Shown here piece after piece: positions 16,307 to 25,624 of a DNA stretch of 64,000 bases. Location: the IMG/VR virus record IMGVR_UViG_3300042515_001753, positions 62,001 through 126,000 of that record. The stretch is one strand, 5' to 3'. Each line of letters begins with the position of its first letter. Position 1 is the first letter of the stretch. A model generated the notes under the pieces. The model searched no databases, had not been told where the DNA came from, and worked only from the letters and a program-made list of their open reading frames with translations. A program made the position numbers and the translations under genes.

Positions 16307-16328
16307 GTATTGAAAAACCGTATAGACT
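16300..16328 (+). promoter_or_regulatory. plus-strand (antisense) sigma70 promoter TTGACA-N17-TAGACT
   Basis: TTGACA at 16300-16305, a 17 nt spacer, TAGACT at 16323-16328; no plus-strand gene downstream. Confidence 0.6.
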
Positions 16329-16354
16329 AGGTTTGTCCCCGTTGAAGATAAGTC

Positions 16355-16762
16355 TTAGCTTTCTTTATTATCTTTAAAGAGATTCTCCAAATTCTTTCTT
16401 GCTTCCTCTACCGAAGATACATAACCCATCGTTGATGAAGGTTTAACTTCCCCAGCCGGTTTATATACTTCTATTGAATCATCTTTAAGATAATATTCAT
16501 ATAATTGTATTAACTTAGTATCTTTTGTTTCAGTCATAGTTATTATTTTATCAAGTTTAATCAAGAACATATCATCACTAGACATTTCTATCCAAGGTTT
16601 AATCTTCACATAAGAATCACCGGTAGAGGTTGTTACAGGTTTCATTACTACAGGATTTTGTAGAATAATAATTGGATCACCATCATTCTCATCTATCATA
16701 ATAAGCGATAGAATTTCTTCACTTGATACTAACTTTAAAATGCAATAAAATTCCTCTCCCAT
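16355..16762 (-). CDS. conserved T4-like cyanophage hypothetical protein
   Basis: FYCILKLVSSEEILS...IKPWIEMSSDDMFLIKLDKIITM; usual position between uvsW and gp55. Confidence 0.8.
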   Translation of the reverse strand: MGEEFYCILKLVSSEEILSLIMIDENDGDPIIILQNPVVMKPVTTSTGDSYVKIKPWIEMSSDDMFLIKLDKIITMTETKDTKLIQLYEYYLKDDSIEVYKPAGEVKPSSTMGYVSSVEEARKNLENLFKDNKES

Positions 16763-16763
16763 A

Positions 16764-18227
16764 TTAATCTTTAAGTGGTATATTTACAATATCATAATTA
16801 AAGTTTTCTTCATTATAAATCTTGATTCTTTCTATCAAGTGATTGAGTGTATAATTCTTTCTTGACTTGTAACTAATATCATCGGCAATATCATATAAAG
16901 TTGCCTTTACTTTGTTTTCTCCTTTTCGCAAGACTCTTCCGATGGATTGGAGATTTCGTATCCTTGATTTGCTAGGCGAAGCAAATATAACATTATGAAG
17001 ATTTCTGATATTGACACCAGTAGAAAAAGTGCCGTAGGAAGCAACGATGATTGCATTATTCTCTCTTTCGGTAATTTCTCTGACTAATTCTCGTTCTTCG
17101 GTAGCAACCCCACCATGAACAAAGAATATGTGTCTATTGTCAGTTTTGCTATTATTTATGAGTTCGTAAAGTGGTTGCCCGTGACCTTCTACTCTGGCAA
17201 AAAGAACAAGACTATTACCCTTTAAATCAAGAGCAAGATTTTTTATAAAGTTATTTCTCTTTGGGTGATTAATAATATACTGAACCTCATCCTCAAATAC
17301 TTCAAACCTGTGGGGAGGATGCTTCAATAGTAAAACCTTAATGTCCAATTTGGCAAGATGACCTTTCTGCATCAGTTCATCCGTCTTGATAATTTTATAT
17401 GAAGGTCCAAATAAACCTTCCAAAACCCACTTATGAGTTTGAGACCCATCAAGTGTTCCGGTGAATCCAAAACGGTATTTTGCATCACAAAGTTTCGTCA
17501 TTATAGATATTAATGACTTGGATTTAAATTGGTGTGCCTCATCTCCTACGACTACATTAAATCTGGAAAAATACTGCTTGGGAAGTTTGTAAATAGACTG
17601 CCAAGTGGTAATAATAACTTGGGAATCAGTTTCTCTTTCCTTACCAGCGTATATCTTGTGGCAGTATGAACCAACATCCCATCCATAATCTGCAAAATCT
17701 TTATACATTTGTTCTACAAGGGAAGTCGTCGGAACAACTACGAGAATATTTTGCTGCTTCTCAACGTAGTATCTCACAAGAGAATATATCATCAATGACT
17801 TTCCCGAAGCAGTTGGAGATATCAATAATTTACGATTATGTCTTAAGGCGTCGTATACTCCCTCAATTTGATAATCGCGTGGGGCGTGTCTACTGATTGC
17901 CGTCATATAATCCTTTACACCTTCCTTTGAGATGTTCTCATTTATCTCAAAAGGAAGACCATAAAACTTATTATTCGTGAACTCATAAGTATAATTGTGG
18001 TCCTTACAGAACTGAATTACCTTATCTAAAAGACCAATATAGATTTCTCTTGTATCTACACTAAACAAATAAATTTTTCCGTCCCACCACTTATTCTTAT
18101 AAGAAGGTGAAAATTTTGCATTAGGTACTTCAAATTGAAATGCGTCTTTCAATTCATAGTAGATATGAGGTTCTGCCTCTATTTGCAGATAAACCTCATT
18201 CTTTTTTGATATCACCAAATGAGACAT
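16764..18227 (-). CDS. uvsW: UvsW SF2 helicase
   Basis: PRDYQ, SPTASGKS, VVGDEAH, GFTGTLDG, LQSIGRVLR. Confidence 0.97.
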   Translation of the reverse strand: MSHLVISKKNEVYLQIEAEPHIYYELKDAFQFEVPNAKFSPSYKNKWWDGKIYLFSVDTREIYIGLLDKVIQFCKDHNYTYEFTNNKFYGLPFEINENISKEGVKDYMTAISRHAPRDYQIEGVYDALRHNRKLLISPTASGKSLMIYSLVRYYVEKQQNILVVVPTTSLVEQMYKDFADYGWDVGSYCHKIYAGKERETDSQVIITTWQSIYKLPKQYFSRFNVVVGDEAHQFKSKSLISIMTKLCDAKYRFGFTGTLDGSQTHKWVLEGLFGPSYKIIKTDELMQKGHLAKLDIKVLLLKHPPHRFEVFEDEVQYIINHPKRNNFIKNLALDLKGNSLVLFARVEGHGQPLYELINNSKTDNRHIFFVHGGVATEERELVREITERENNAIIVASYGTFSTGVNIRNLHNVIFASPSKSRIRNLQSIGRVLRKGENKVKATLYDIADDISYKSRKNYTLNHLIERIKIYNEENFNYDIVNIPLKD

Positions 18228-18259
18228 TCATAAAATATCAGTTATGAGTATTTATTCGG

Positions 18260-18697
18260 TCAGTTGTACCCTGCCGTGAACTTATGCCAGTCTATAGCAT
18301 TCTTGATGGAGTAATTTCTATTCGTAATCATCTTAATCACTTCCTCAAGAAACTTAAGCATAACATCATAATATCTAATCTTTAAATCAATCTTAGACAG
18401 TCTCTCATCGGCGTCCATATGCCTCTGTATGGCATCCTTTTCCCTTACCTTATACGGAAATGGTTCTTCGGCATAGACCTCTGCTGTTGCCTTTCCCGTG
18501 TAGTAGTTATAGCGTTCCAACCTAACTCTGTTATGTGTTTCTCTTGCCTTTTCACGAAGAAGAGTGATGGTATTATATAGAGTATAATATTTGGAATGAA
18601 GTTGAGGTATTTTTAAAGATTCATCGTGTAAGTTATCGGGGTCTATGACAGAATCTCTTTGCCACATTTCCTGGATTTCATCAAGACTGAGGTTCAT
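18260..18697 (-). CDS. uvsY: recombination mediator UvsY
   Basis: DSVIDPDNLHDESLKIPQLHSKY...NRNYSIKNAIDW. Confidence 0.92.
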   Translation of the reverse strand: MNLSLDEIQEMWQRDSVIDPDNLHDESLKIPQLHSKYYTLYNTITLLREKARETHNRVRLERYNYYTGKATAEVYAEEPFPYKVREKDAIQRHMDADERLSKIDLKIRYYDVMLKFLEEVIKMITNRNYSIKNAIDWHKFTAGYN

Positions 18698-19248
18698 AGG
18701 GGTTGATTATTATTATCAAGAATATTATACACAGTATACTTGAAAGCTACGTCTGCTGTAAAGTACTGAATGTCGGTTTGTGTGGCATCAAACTCAAGAG
18801 AACTTAATGATACTGGGAATAAATCCTTGAATTTTACCACGGCAGTTGTATTATAATTACTGTTTAAAATATAAAGACTTCCATCACTAAATGCTCTTTT
18901 CGGATCCTGAGGTTGTGTTACGTCATTTACTATGGAGATTAAATCTTTATATTGTTGTGTTGTTTCTGGGAATCCAAGACCTGTCAACCAGTTATGAACT
19001 GCCATATAGTTCTCCATATCCTCATCAACCAAAAATCTTAAAGATAAATCACCATAGGTAATTTTATCACCAGGAACATCAATATCCTTTAAGTATGTTG
19101 GTTGAGTATTGAGTGATAATGTAATTTCTGGTATTCTTGCCGTATTGCAGAAAAAGGCAACTTTAGGTTCTTTTGCTAGTGAAAACTTAAACCCAACTGG
19201 TGATAGGAAGTTTCTATTATCAATTTGGTTGGGAAACGAACAGGACAT
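18694..19248 (-). CDS. gp3: tail tube terminator / tail completion protein
   Basis: NRNFLSPVGFKF, PGDKITYGDLSLRFLVDEDMENY, FKDLFPVSLSSLEFD; TAAATA at 19258-19263. Confidence 0.92.
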   Translation of the reverse strand: MSCSFPNQIDNRNFLSPVGFKFSLAKEPKVAFFCNTARIPEITLSLNTQPTYLKDIDVPGDKITYGDLSLRFLVDEDMENYMAVHNWLTGLGFPETTQQYKDLISIVNDVTQPQDPKRAFSDGSLYILNSNYNTTAVVKFKDLFPVSLSSLEFDATQTDIQYFTADVAFKYTVYNILDNNNQPL

Positions 19249-19268
19249 TTTTATTTTTATTTAGATAT

Positions 19269-19291
19269 AAAAAAAGGGACCCGAAGGTCCC
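19269..19291 (-). terminator. gp23 terminator with UUCG loop
   Basis: GGGACC-TTCG-GGTCCC followed by T7. Confidence 0.9.
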
Positions 19292-19312
19292 TTGTGGAAT
19301 TGTGAGAAAGGC

Positions 19313-20683
19313 TCACATTAAATTGGCAACTTTGACTCTTCTGTAGTATACGTTAGAGTCGGTTGTGATAACACCAGGATTGGTGGTATCGGAACCCTTA
19401 GCGAATGGGTTAGCAACCATACCATAACGAGTCTTGAACCCGATTTTTGGTTGGAAGCTGTTCTCACCAACGGCACGAACCATTTGGAGAGGAACATAAG
19501 GGCAGTAGAAGAGACCTGCGTCATAAGGTGAAGAACCCTTATAACCGACAACGTAATACTGATTAGGAGCAACGTTTGCCGAATATGGGTCAATATAAAC
19601 CTTATACTTACCTTGAAGAACGCCAGCAAAGGTGTTGCCGGTGTCATCAACGTTCAGGTTAGCATTAAGTGCAGGGGTGTAATCGAGAACACCAGCCATT
19701 GCAAGTGCTGAAGCAACGTCAGCAGAGCAAACGATGGTGTTGCCCTTTCCTCTACGAGTTTGCTGTGCAATTGCGTTTGCATCGCGCTCGATTTGGAAGA
19801 TAAGACCCTTGAACTTCTCAACCGACCAACGACCGTTGGAGTCAACGTCGAGGTCAAAAGTACCAGCAGTAGCAGTATTTGCCTGAGCACCTGCCTTAGC
19901 ACTCTTGTAGATGGTTCTGATAACTTCGCGGTTGATTTCAGCAAGAATCTCAGTTGAGAGAATGTTTGCTAATTCCGCTTCAGCATTCAGACCGTGGATT
20001 GCCTTAAGGTCCTGAGCGAGCTCAAGTGAGTACTCAGCCTTCAGAGCGCGTGACTTAGCAGTAACGGTGATTTTCTCGATTGAGAAAGCCATCTCGTTGA
20101 ATGCCGAACCAGCACCACCAAGACCCTCAGAGTCTCCGGTATTCATCGCTGTGGAAACGTTATAGGTTCCTCCGTTATCGTTCAGAACGCTTGGGTTGGT
20201 TCCTGACTGAGCGGCAGTCGTACCAAAACCAACGTTACCCGATGGGAGAGTTCCTTCAGCGTTCTGAGCAGAGAATCTTGTATCTGCTTCGTTGTAGAAT
20301 GCTTCAGTTCCACTCTGGGTGGTGTAACGTGAACGCATCGCAAAGATAAGTCCAGTAGGACCGTTCATTGGTTGAACGCCACACAGATCATAAGCGATCA
20401 GGTTGGGCATTGAACGTCTGATTAGTGAAATCAGAACGGGGTCGAAACCTGCTACAGGGCTCGAAGCGTTTCCACCGAATCCACCGGACGAACCAGCAGT
20501 GTTTCCACTATTAGTTGGAGATTCGTAAAGAAACTCACGCTCTTCGCGGAGTTCTCTTTCTTGGTTTTCTAGCAGGATAGCGGTTACAGATCTACGATGT
20601 GCATCTTTGATCTGATCCATTCCGGAATAATCCAGGATTGGTGCCCACTTCTCCTGCAAATATTCTGCATTGAACATTTGCAT
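19313..20683 (-). CDS. gp23: major capsid protein
   Basis: LQEKWAPIL, DPVLISLIRRSMPNLIAYDLCGVQPMNGPTGLIFAMRS, SRALKAEYSLELAQDLKAIHGL, YCPYVPL. Confidence 0.99.
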   Translation of the reverse strand: MQMFNAEYLQEKWAPILDYSGMDQIKDAHRRSVTAILLENQERELREEREFLYESPTNSGNTAGSSGGFGGNASSPVAGFDPVLISLIRRSMPNLIAYDLCGVQPMNGPTGLIFAMRSRYTTQSGTEAFYNEADTRFSAQNAEGTLPSGNVGFGTTAAQSGTNPSVLNDNGGTYNVSTAMNTGDSEGLGGAGSAFNEMAFSIEKITVTAKSRALKAEYSLELAQDLKAIHGLNAEAELANILSTEILAEINREVIRTIYKSAKAGAQANTATAGTFDLDVDSNGRWSVEKFKGLIFQIERDANAIAQQTRRGKGNTIVCSADVASALAMAGVLDYTPALNANLNVDDTGNTFAGVLQGKYKVYIDPYSANVAPNQYYVVGYKGSSPYDAGLFYCPYVPLQMVRAVGENSFQPKIGFKTRYGMVANPFAKGSDTTNPGVITTDSNVYYRRVKVANLM

Positions 20684-20730
20684 TTGTTTTACCTATTTGA
20701 AGTTTTTGTTTGATTGTTATAATTTAAAAA

Positions 20731-21903
20731 TCACAGTTTAGCGACTCTTCCTAAAGTCTGAAGGTATGATGCCATTCTCCCCTCAACTTGTGGTTGTTGG
20801 GACTGAACATCAGTACTTTCGGATAGGGTTTCCGAGTCATCTCTTTGAGTACCAGTTGTTCTGGTTGGGAAATAAGACTCCCTCAGAGTTACCAGTTTCT
20901 CACGATAGTTTGCTTCACTATCAAACTCAACATTTTCGGCAAGAGAAGCGAGTTTGTCCTTCTGAGAAAGTGCAAGACCCTCAGTGACATCTGCAAAAAT
21001 TACATCAGCAACCGACTCTGCTAATCTTCTATTCAGAGCAACATTTCTTTCAATTTGCTCGTTGAGTTTTCCTTCCATTTCATCAAGTTTATCTACCATA
21101 CTCTCGATTACATCATATCTATCTTCAGGGATTGTTACATAATGATCTTCAAAAAGACCCTTCATTCCTTGGAGGAATGATTCGGTCATTTCAGTCTTAA
21201 GACCGTGCTCAACTGCGAGTGCATTTTCAGAAATCCACTCATCAGCAACATACTCAAGGTATGCATCAACACGGTCAACAAGACCTTCTTTAATTACTTG
21301 AATTTCTTCTACAAGAGATTCCTCATAGGATGCTTGAAGTTCTTCTTTGATTTCAGCAACTTTTGAACGAATTGCTGTCTCAAAGATTGTTCTTGCTTTT
21401 TCTTGAAACTCTTCTGAGAGTTCTTCGCCAGCAAGGAGAGCATTAACATCTTCTTCGATGTCAAACTCTTCCTTCATTTCATCTTCTTCGTCCTCGTCCT
21501 CTTCATCCGCATCTTCTTCTTTAGGAGATTTTTTGCCGTTCTTTGACTTTGAACCTTCTTCTTTGTGAGATTCTTCGGCAACTACTTCTTCGTCTTCATC
21601 GACTTCTTCTCCATCAACAAGATCTTCATCTTCTTCCGTCTCTTCCTTTACACCTTTCATAGAATCTGCTGCAGATGCCTTAGCATTCACAACATCTCTA
21701 ACTTGTGCAAGAGTTGTATCCTTGAGTTTTGCCGAATCGTCATCGGGACGATAATTTTCGGGAGTAGGACCACCTAAATCTTCCCAAGAACCCGTTTGAC
21801 CGGGAGTTACAACAGGAGTTGCACTCTTTGAGGGAGTTTCGGCAGGTGTGGCTCCTTTGGTTACTACGTTTTCCATTTCTTGTAAATTTCTACCAACGGA
21901 CAT
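20731..21903 (-). CDS. gp22: prohead core scaffold protein
   Basis: Acidic; EDVNALL.GEELSEEF.EKA.TIFE, YLEYVADEW, LFEDHYV; TATAAATA at 21933-21940. Confidence 0.95.
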   Translation of the reverse strand: MSVGRNLQEMENVVTKGATPAETPSKSATPVVTPGQTGSWEDLGGPTPENYRPDDDSAKLKDTTLAQVRDVVNAKASAADSMKGVKEETEEDEDLVDGEEVDEDEEVVAEESHKEEGSKSKNGKKSPKEEDADEEDEDEEDEMKEEFDIEEDVNALLAGEELSEEFQEKARTIFETAIRSKVAEIKEELQASYEESLVEEIQVIKEGLVDRVDAYLEYVADEWISENALAVEHGLKTEMTESFLQGMKGLFEDHYVTIPEDRYDVIESMVDKLDEMEGKLNEQIERNVALNRRLAESVADVIFADVTEGLALSQKDKLASLAENVEFDSEANYREKLVTLRESYFPTRTTGTQRDDSETLSESTDVQSQQPQVEGRMASYLQTLGRVAKL

Positions 21904-21942
21904 TTTTTTAGATCTGTGTTATAATCTATATTTATTTATAAA

Positions 21943-22593
21943 TTAAAGATTTCCTAAGAAATCTTGGAACAATTGAACCTTATGCTCCTGAAGAGTTTTT
22001 TCATCTACAAGAGTATTAATTCTGCTTTTTGTTTGTTCTGCGAGTCTTTCACGAAGAATACCTCCTTCCCAAACCCACTCCTTACCTTCCATAATTCCCT
22101 GAACAAAAGCGTCGGGAGCAGAAGGATCGGCAACAATATCAGCAGCAGTTGCGAGCATAAAATCTTCACCAACAATTTTATGACCTTCATTAGTTAGTTT
22201 AAGTGAACCGACACCACGAGAAGAAACACCCAGGCAAACGCCTTCACCGATAAGAGATTTTGCAATCTTACCCATAGGAGTTTCAAGAAGTTGTGCCTTA
22301 CCAATAAAATTGCATCCTTTTTGTTCTAAGGAAACAATTTTATGAGAAACACGGTCAAGATTGACGGTAGGTCCATCGGGATGACCAAGTTCTCCAAGAG
22401 CACGACCCTTTGCAACGAAAGATTCATTATATCTCGCTACCTCACGGGCAAGAGTTTGCATAGGATACATTCTACCATTACGGTTACAAATGTCACCTTG
22501 AAGGAAAACTCCCTCAATATACATTTTCTTTTCAGCACCTTTACCTTCGGTGATAAACTTAACTTGTGAGACTTCTTCTGTGATGAGTTTCAT
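21943..22593 (-). CDS. gp21: prohead protease
   Basis: NRNGRMYP, ALGELGHP, GVSSRGVGS, ADIVADPSAPDAFV. Confidence 0.97.
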   Translation of the reverse strand: MKLITEEVSQVKFITEGKGAEKKMYIEGVFLQGDICNRNGRMYPMQTLAREVARYNESFVAKGRALGELGHPDGPTVNLDRVSHKIVSLEQKGCNFIGKAQLLETPMGKIAKSLIGEGVCLGVSSRGVGSLKLTNEGHKIVGEDFMLATAADIVADPSAPDAFVQGIMEGKEWVWEGGILRERLAEQTKSRINTLVDEKTLQEHKVQLFQDFLGNL

Positions 22594-22595
22594 TT

Positions 22596-23123
22596 TTATT
22601 CGGTGACTAACTGAACGATTTCTGTGATACTAACATCTTGAGCACCTGATGCGGCAAGAGCACTTACCTTTACGCTTCTTGCAAGATTTGCATTAGTTAC
22701 GGTAATTACTCCAACAATAGATGAACTATTATGTGAGATTGTCACAGAACCATCTGTTATTGCAGTAATTAATTTATGCTCTGTATTAATTCCTGCTGGT
22801 TGTGCATTTTGAATGGTGACATAATCACCAAGTAAAAATGGATTTGATGCATTTTCATCAAATGAAATAACAGTTGATGCTCCTGTGGTAATTCCTGCGA
22901 TTCTTTGTCTTGCAATTCTTTCCTTCAATACTTCATTACCATAGGGACTAATTTGGAAAGAATTGATGGTGGAAACCGGATCTGAACCAGTCTCAACATA
23001 CACCGATGTTAATCCGGTAGATACTCTTATATATCCACTTTTAAGAGCAATAGGATTGCTAGTAGTGGCCGTAGATACATTGGCAGTTATTCTATTTACA
23101 TTTTGTACAACCTTAATTGCCAT
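22596..23123 (-). CDS. hypothetical protein, probably virion-associated
   Basis: 175 aa beta-rich ORF in the head operon. Confidence 0.7.
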   Translation of the reverse strand: MAIKVVQNVNRITANVSTATTSNPIALKSGYIRVSTGLTSVYVETGSDPVSTINSFQISPYGNEVLKERIARQRIAGITTGASTVISFDENASNPFLLGDYVTIQNAQPAGINTEHKLITAITDGSVTISHNSSSIVGVITVTNANLARSVKVSALAASGAQDVSITEIVQLVTE

Positions 23124-23290
23124 TACTCTTGGTCCTCTGTATTGTCTTTGTCACCAAACATCGATGCCGCAACATAAGGTCGGGCAGAATCAACTCTGTC
23201 CGATGCTTTTGCGTATAATATCTCTTTAATTCTGTCGGATACATCAGATGCTGAACCATCTGTTGCAATCAAATCGATAAGTTCTTCCAT
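23123..23290 (-). CDS. small prohead core protein (gp67/gp68 position), 55 aa
   Basis: Not in the ORF track. MEELIDLIATDGSASDVSDRIKEILYAKASDRVDSARPYVAASMFG; late promoter TATAAATA at 23315-23322. Confidence 0.75.
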   Translation of the reverse strand: MEELIDLIATDGSASDVSDRIKEILYAKASDRVDSARPYVAASMFGDKDNTEDQE

Positions 23291-23317
23291 AAAAACAATT
23301 TATTATTATAAGATTAT

Positions 23318-24982
23318 TTATATCTTGCCACCTTTAGGCTCTGGGGGAGGTTCCGGAGCAACCGCTTCTTGTGGAACTTCTTCTGGAACTCCTTCTGCTG
23401 GTGGAACTTCACCACCTTCTGGAATTGGATTGCCCATTTCATCAACAGCAGCATTAGGATCTGGAAGAATACCCTTTTCAATTTCATCATCAATTTGTTC
23501 ATCAATTTCAATAATTTCCGAATCAGTTTGGTGAAGAATCTTTTTGCGGACATATTCAGTTGAGAAGTATTTTCCAATATAGGGTTCCATCGTTGTAACA
23601 AGAGTTAAACGATTTGTGAGTAATTCTGCTTCTTTTAGTTCTGCAAAATGGTTGTCATATAAGAAATCATACTGAATATGATCGCTCATTGTTTCCCAAT
23701 CTTCTGGAGTTACTATGTTCTTTAACAGAAGTTGAGTACGAAGCATATCATTAAACATATTTGCAAAACGCTTTCTTAGGCGCCCGACAAACTTAGAAAA
23801 CTTAAGTTCGTCTCTTAGAATTTCTGATGAACGCCCCAGATTGAATCCATCACCACCACCAGCAATTCTTGATTCTGGAACTCCAAGTGCCCTATAAAGT
23901 TTTTTCTGGAAATATTCAATATCTGAAAGTTCGCCAAGATTTTGACCACCGGGTAGAGTTGTGATTTCAGTACCTCTACCGCCTTCTCTTCTTGGAAGCC
24001 AGAAATCCTCAAGCATACTCATATACTTGCGATCATCACGAACTTCACCAGTCTGTGCATCATAAACTAATTTATTGCGGTAACGACTCATCACCTCCTT
24101 GAGGTATTGCTCTGCTTTTACCTTTGGAAGATTGCCAACATCAATATAAAAAATACGACGCTCTGGTGCTCTGGATAATCTATAAATCACAAGAGAATCT
24201 TCAATCATTCTAAGTTGATTGAGTGCCTTGATTGCTTTATGAAGATATGAAAGGACGGTGCCCTTATTTCTATCGATTAATCCAGAAGTGCAATAAGTGA
24301 TGGAATCTCTAGCAATTTTTACCGCACCTTTAGCGGAAGACCCAAGCATACCAGATGGATAGTTTGTTGTTGGGGTGTAGATAAAATATTCTTCAATTTC
24401 CGGATATGTAACCTGATTTACGTTAAAATTAGTAAGTGCCGATAGATTTGGTCCAGCATTATTACTCGTCTTTTTTTCTTGACGAACGTGCTTCATCTTC
24501 ATAGGATCAATATATCTCAATTCCTGAATTCCATCTTCAGGTTTTTTAACATCAATAACTTTGAGATAAAATAATCTACCGTCAATATACCAATTTCTAA
24601 AAATTTCATGAGACTTCTTATCGAAGTCCATAATTTCTTTAATATATTTAAATTCGTCTCTTATAATTTTCTTGAGTTTATCACTTGCATTTAAGTTTGT
24701 TAATTCAATTTCTACTGGAGAATCGTATAAGTCACTTACAATCGCCTCATTCACAACATCCTCAATCGCTCCATCACATTCTGGGTGAAGAGACATCTCA
24801 CGATATCTTCTAATTAGATCATATTCAGTTCTATAAACACCTTCAATATCAATAGTTTGCCCATAAAAACCCGATTGAATATAATAATCAACCCCGTCCT
24901 CATTATTAGGAGGAACGGGGGAGACTATAGACTTGGATTTTTTTTCATTATCCTCAATTGAAAAACCAAAAAGTTTCGCCAT
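23318..24982 (-). CDS. gp20: portal vertex protein
   Basis: YLHKAIKALNQLRMIEDSLVIYRLSRAPERRIFYIDVGNLPKVKAEQY, EDFWLPRREGGRGTEITTLPGG. Confidence 0.98.
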   Translation of the reverse strand: MAKLFGFSIEDNEKKSKSIVSPVPPNNEDGVDYYIQSGFYGQTIDIEGVYRTEYDLIRRYREMSLHPECDGAIEDVVNEAIVSDLYDSPVEIELTNLNASDKLKKIIRDEFKYIKEIMDFDKKSHEIFRNWYIDGRLFYLKVIDVKKPEDGIQELRYIDPMKMKHVRQEKKTSNNAGPNLSALTNFNVNQVTYPEIEEYFIYTPTTNYPSGMLGSSAKGAVKIARDSITYCTSGLIDRNKGTVLSYLHKAIKALNQLRMIEDSLVIYRLSRAPERRIFYIDVGNLPKVKAEQYLKEVMSRYRNKLVYDAQTGEVRDDRKYMSMLEDFWLPRREGGRGTEITTLPGGQNLGELSDIEYFQKKLYRALGVPESRIAGGGDGFNLGRSSEILRDELKFSKFVGRLRKRFANMFNDMLRTQLLLKNIVTPEDWETMSDHIQYDFLYDNHFAELKEAELLTNRLTLVTTMEPYIGKYFSTEYVRKKILHQTDSEIIEIDEQIDDEIEKGILPDPNAAVDEMGNPIPEGGEVPPAEGVPEEVPQEAVAPEPPPEPKGGKI

Positions 24983-25014
24983 CTTATAAAGTATGCTTAC
25001 CTGTTATAGTTTAT

Positions 25015-25605
25015 TTAGTTGATATCTTCGCCACCCGCAGCAGGAGAATTACCCCTGACTGCTTCCCACCAGAGAACTTGCATTTCTACAGTAAATTCCT
25101 GAATGGCATCAGTTTCATATGCCAAATTGATTGGGCTGATATTTGTTGGGAACAAATCATAAAAATGATATGCTCTTAGAGTTGAACCATCACGATCTAA
25201 ATGATAAACAAATGCATCTGCCTGATATAGTGCAGGATCGGTGACTCCGGTGTTATCAGAAACACGGTTGATTACATTCATCCAGTTTTCAAATGCCGAA
25301 CGAATGGCAAAATCAGTATCGTTAATAACGGTAATCGTCCAAGTCTCAAAGGTACGGTCTCCTGCCAGTTTTAGAGTTCTTCCTCTAAAGGCAACTTCTA
25401 ATGGAGTTACCGTTGATCCTGGAAGTGCTGCAGTTTTGACTAAAAATCTTGATTTGTCAAGAACATTAGTGTCAGCGGGAGCAGCATCTGGGAATGAAAG
25501 AACAACCTCAAAGAGGTTACTTCTAGCACCACCACCAGACAACTTACTCTTGAAGTCTGTAATCTTCCTTAAAGGAGGTGGATTTAATTGATTTCTGGTT
25601 GCCAT
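25015..25605 (-). CDS. gp19: tail tube protein
   Basis: GGARSNLFEV, FRGRTLKLAGDRTFETWTITVINDTDF, FPTNISPINL. Confidence 0.96.
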   Translation of the reverse strand: MATRNQLNPPPLRKITDFKSKLSGGGARSNLFEVVLSFPDAAPADTNVLDKSRFLVKTAALPGSTVTPLEVAFRGRTLKLAGDRTFETWTITVINDTDFAIRSAFENWMNVINRVSDNTGVTDPALYQADAFVYHLDRDGSTLRAYHFYDLFPTNISPINLAYETDAIQEFTVEMQVLWWEAVRGNSPAAGGEDIN

Positions 25606-25624
25606 AGTTTTTAACCTCTGTTAA

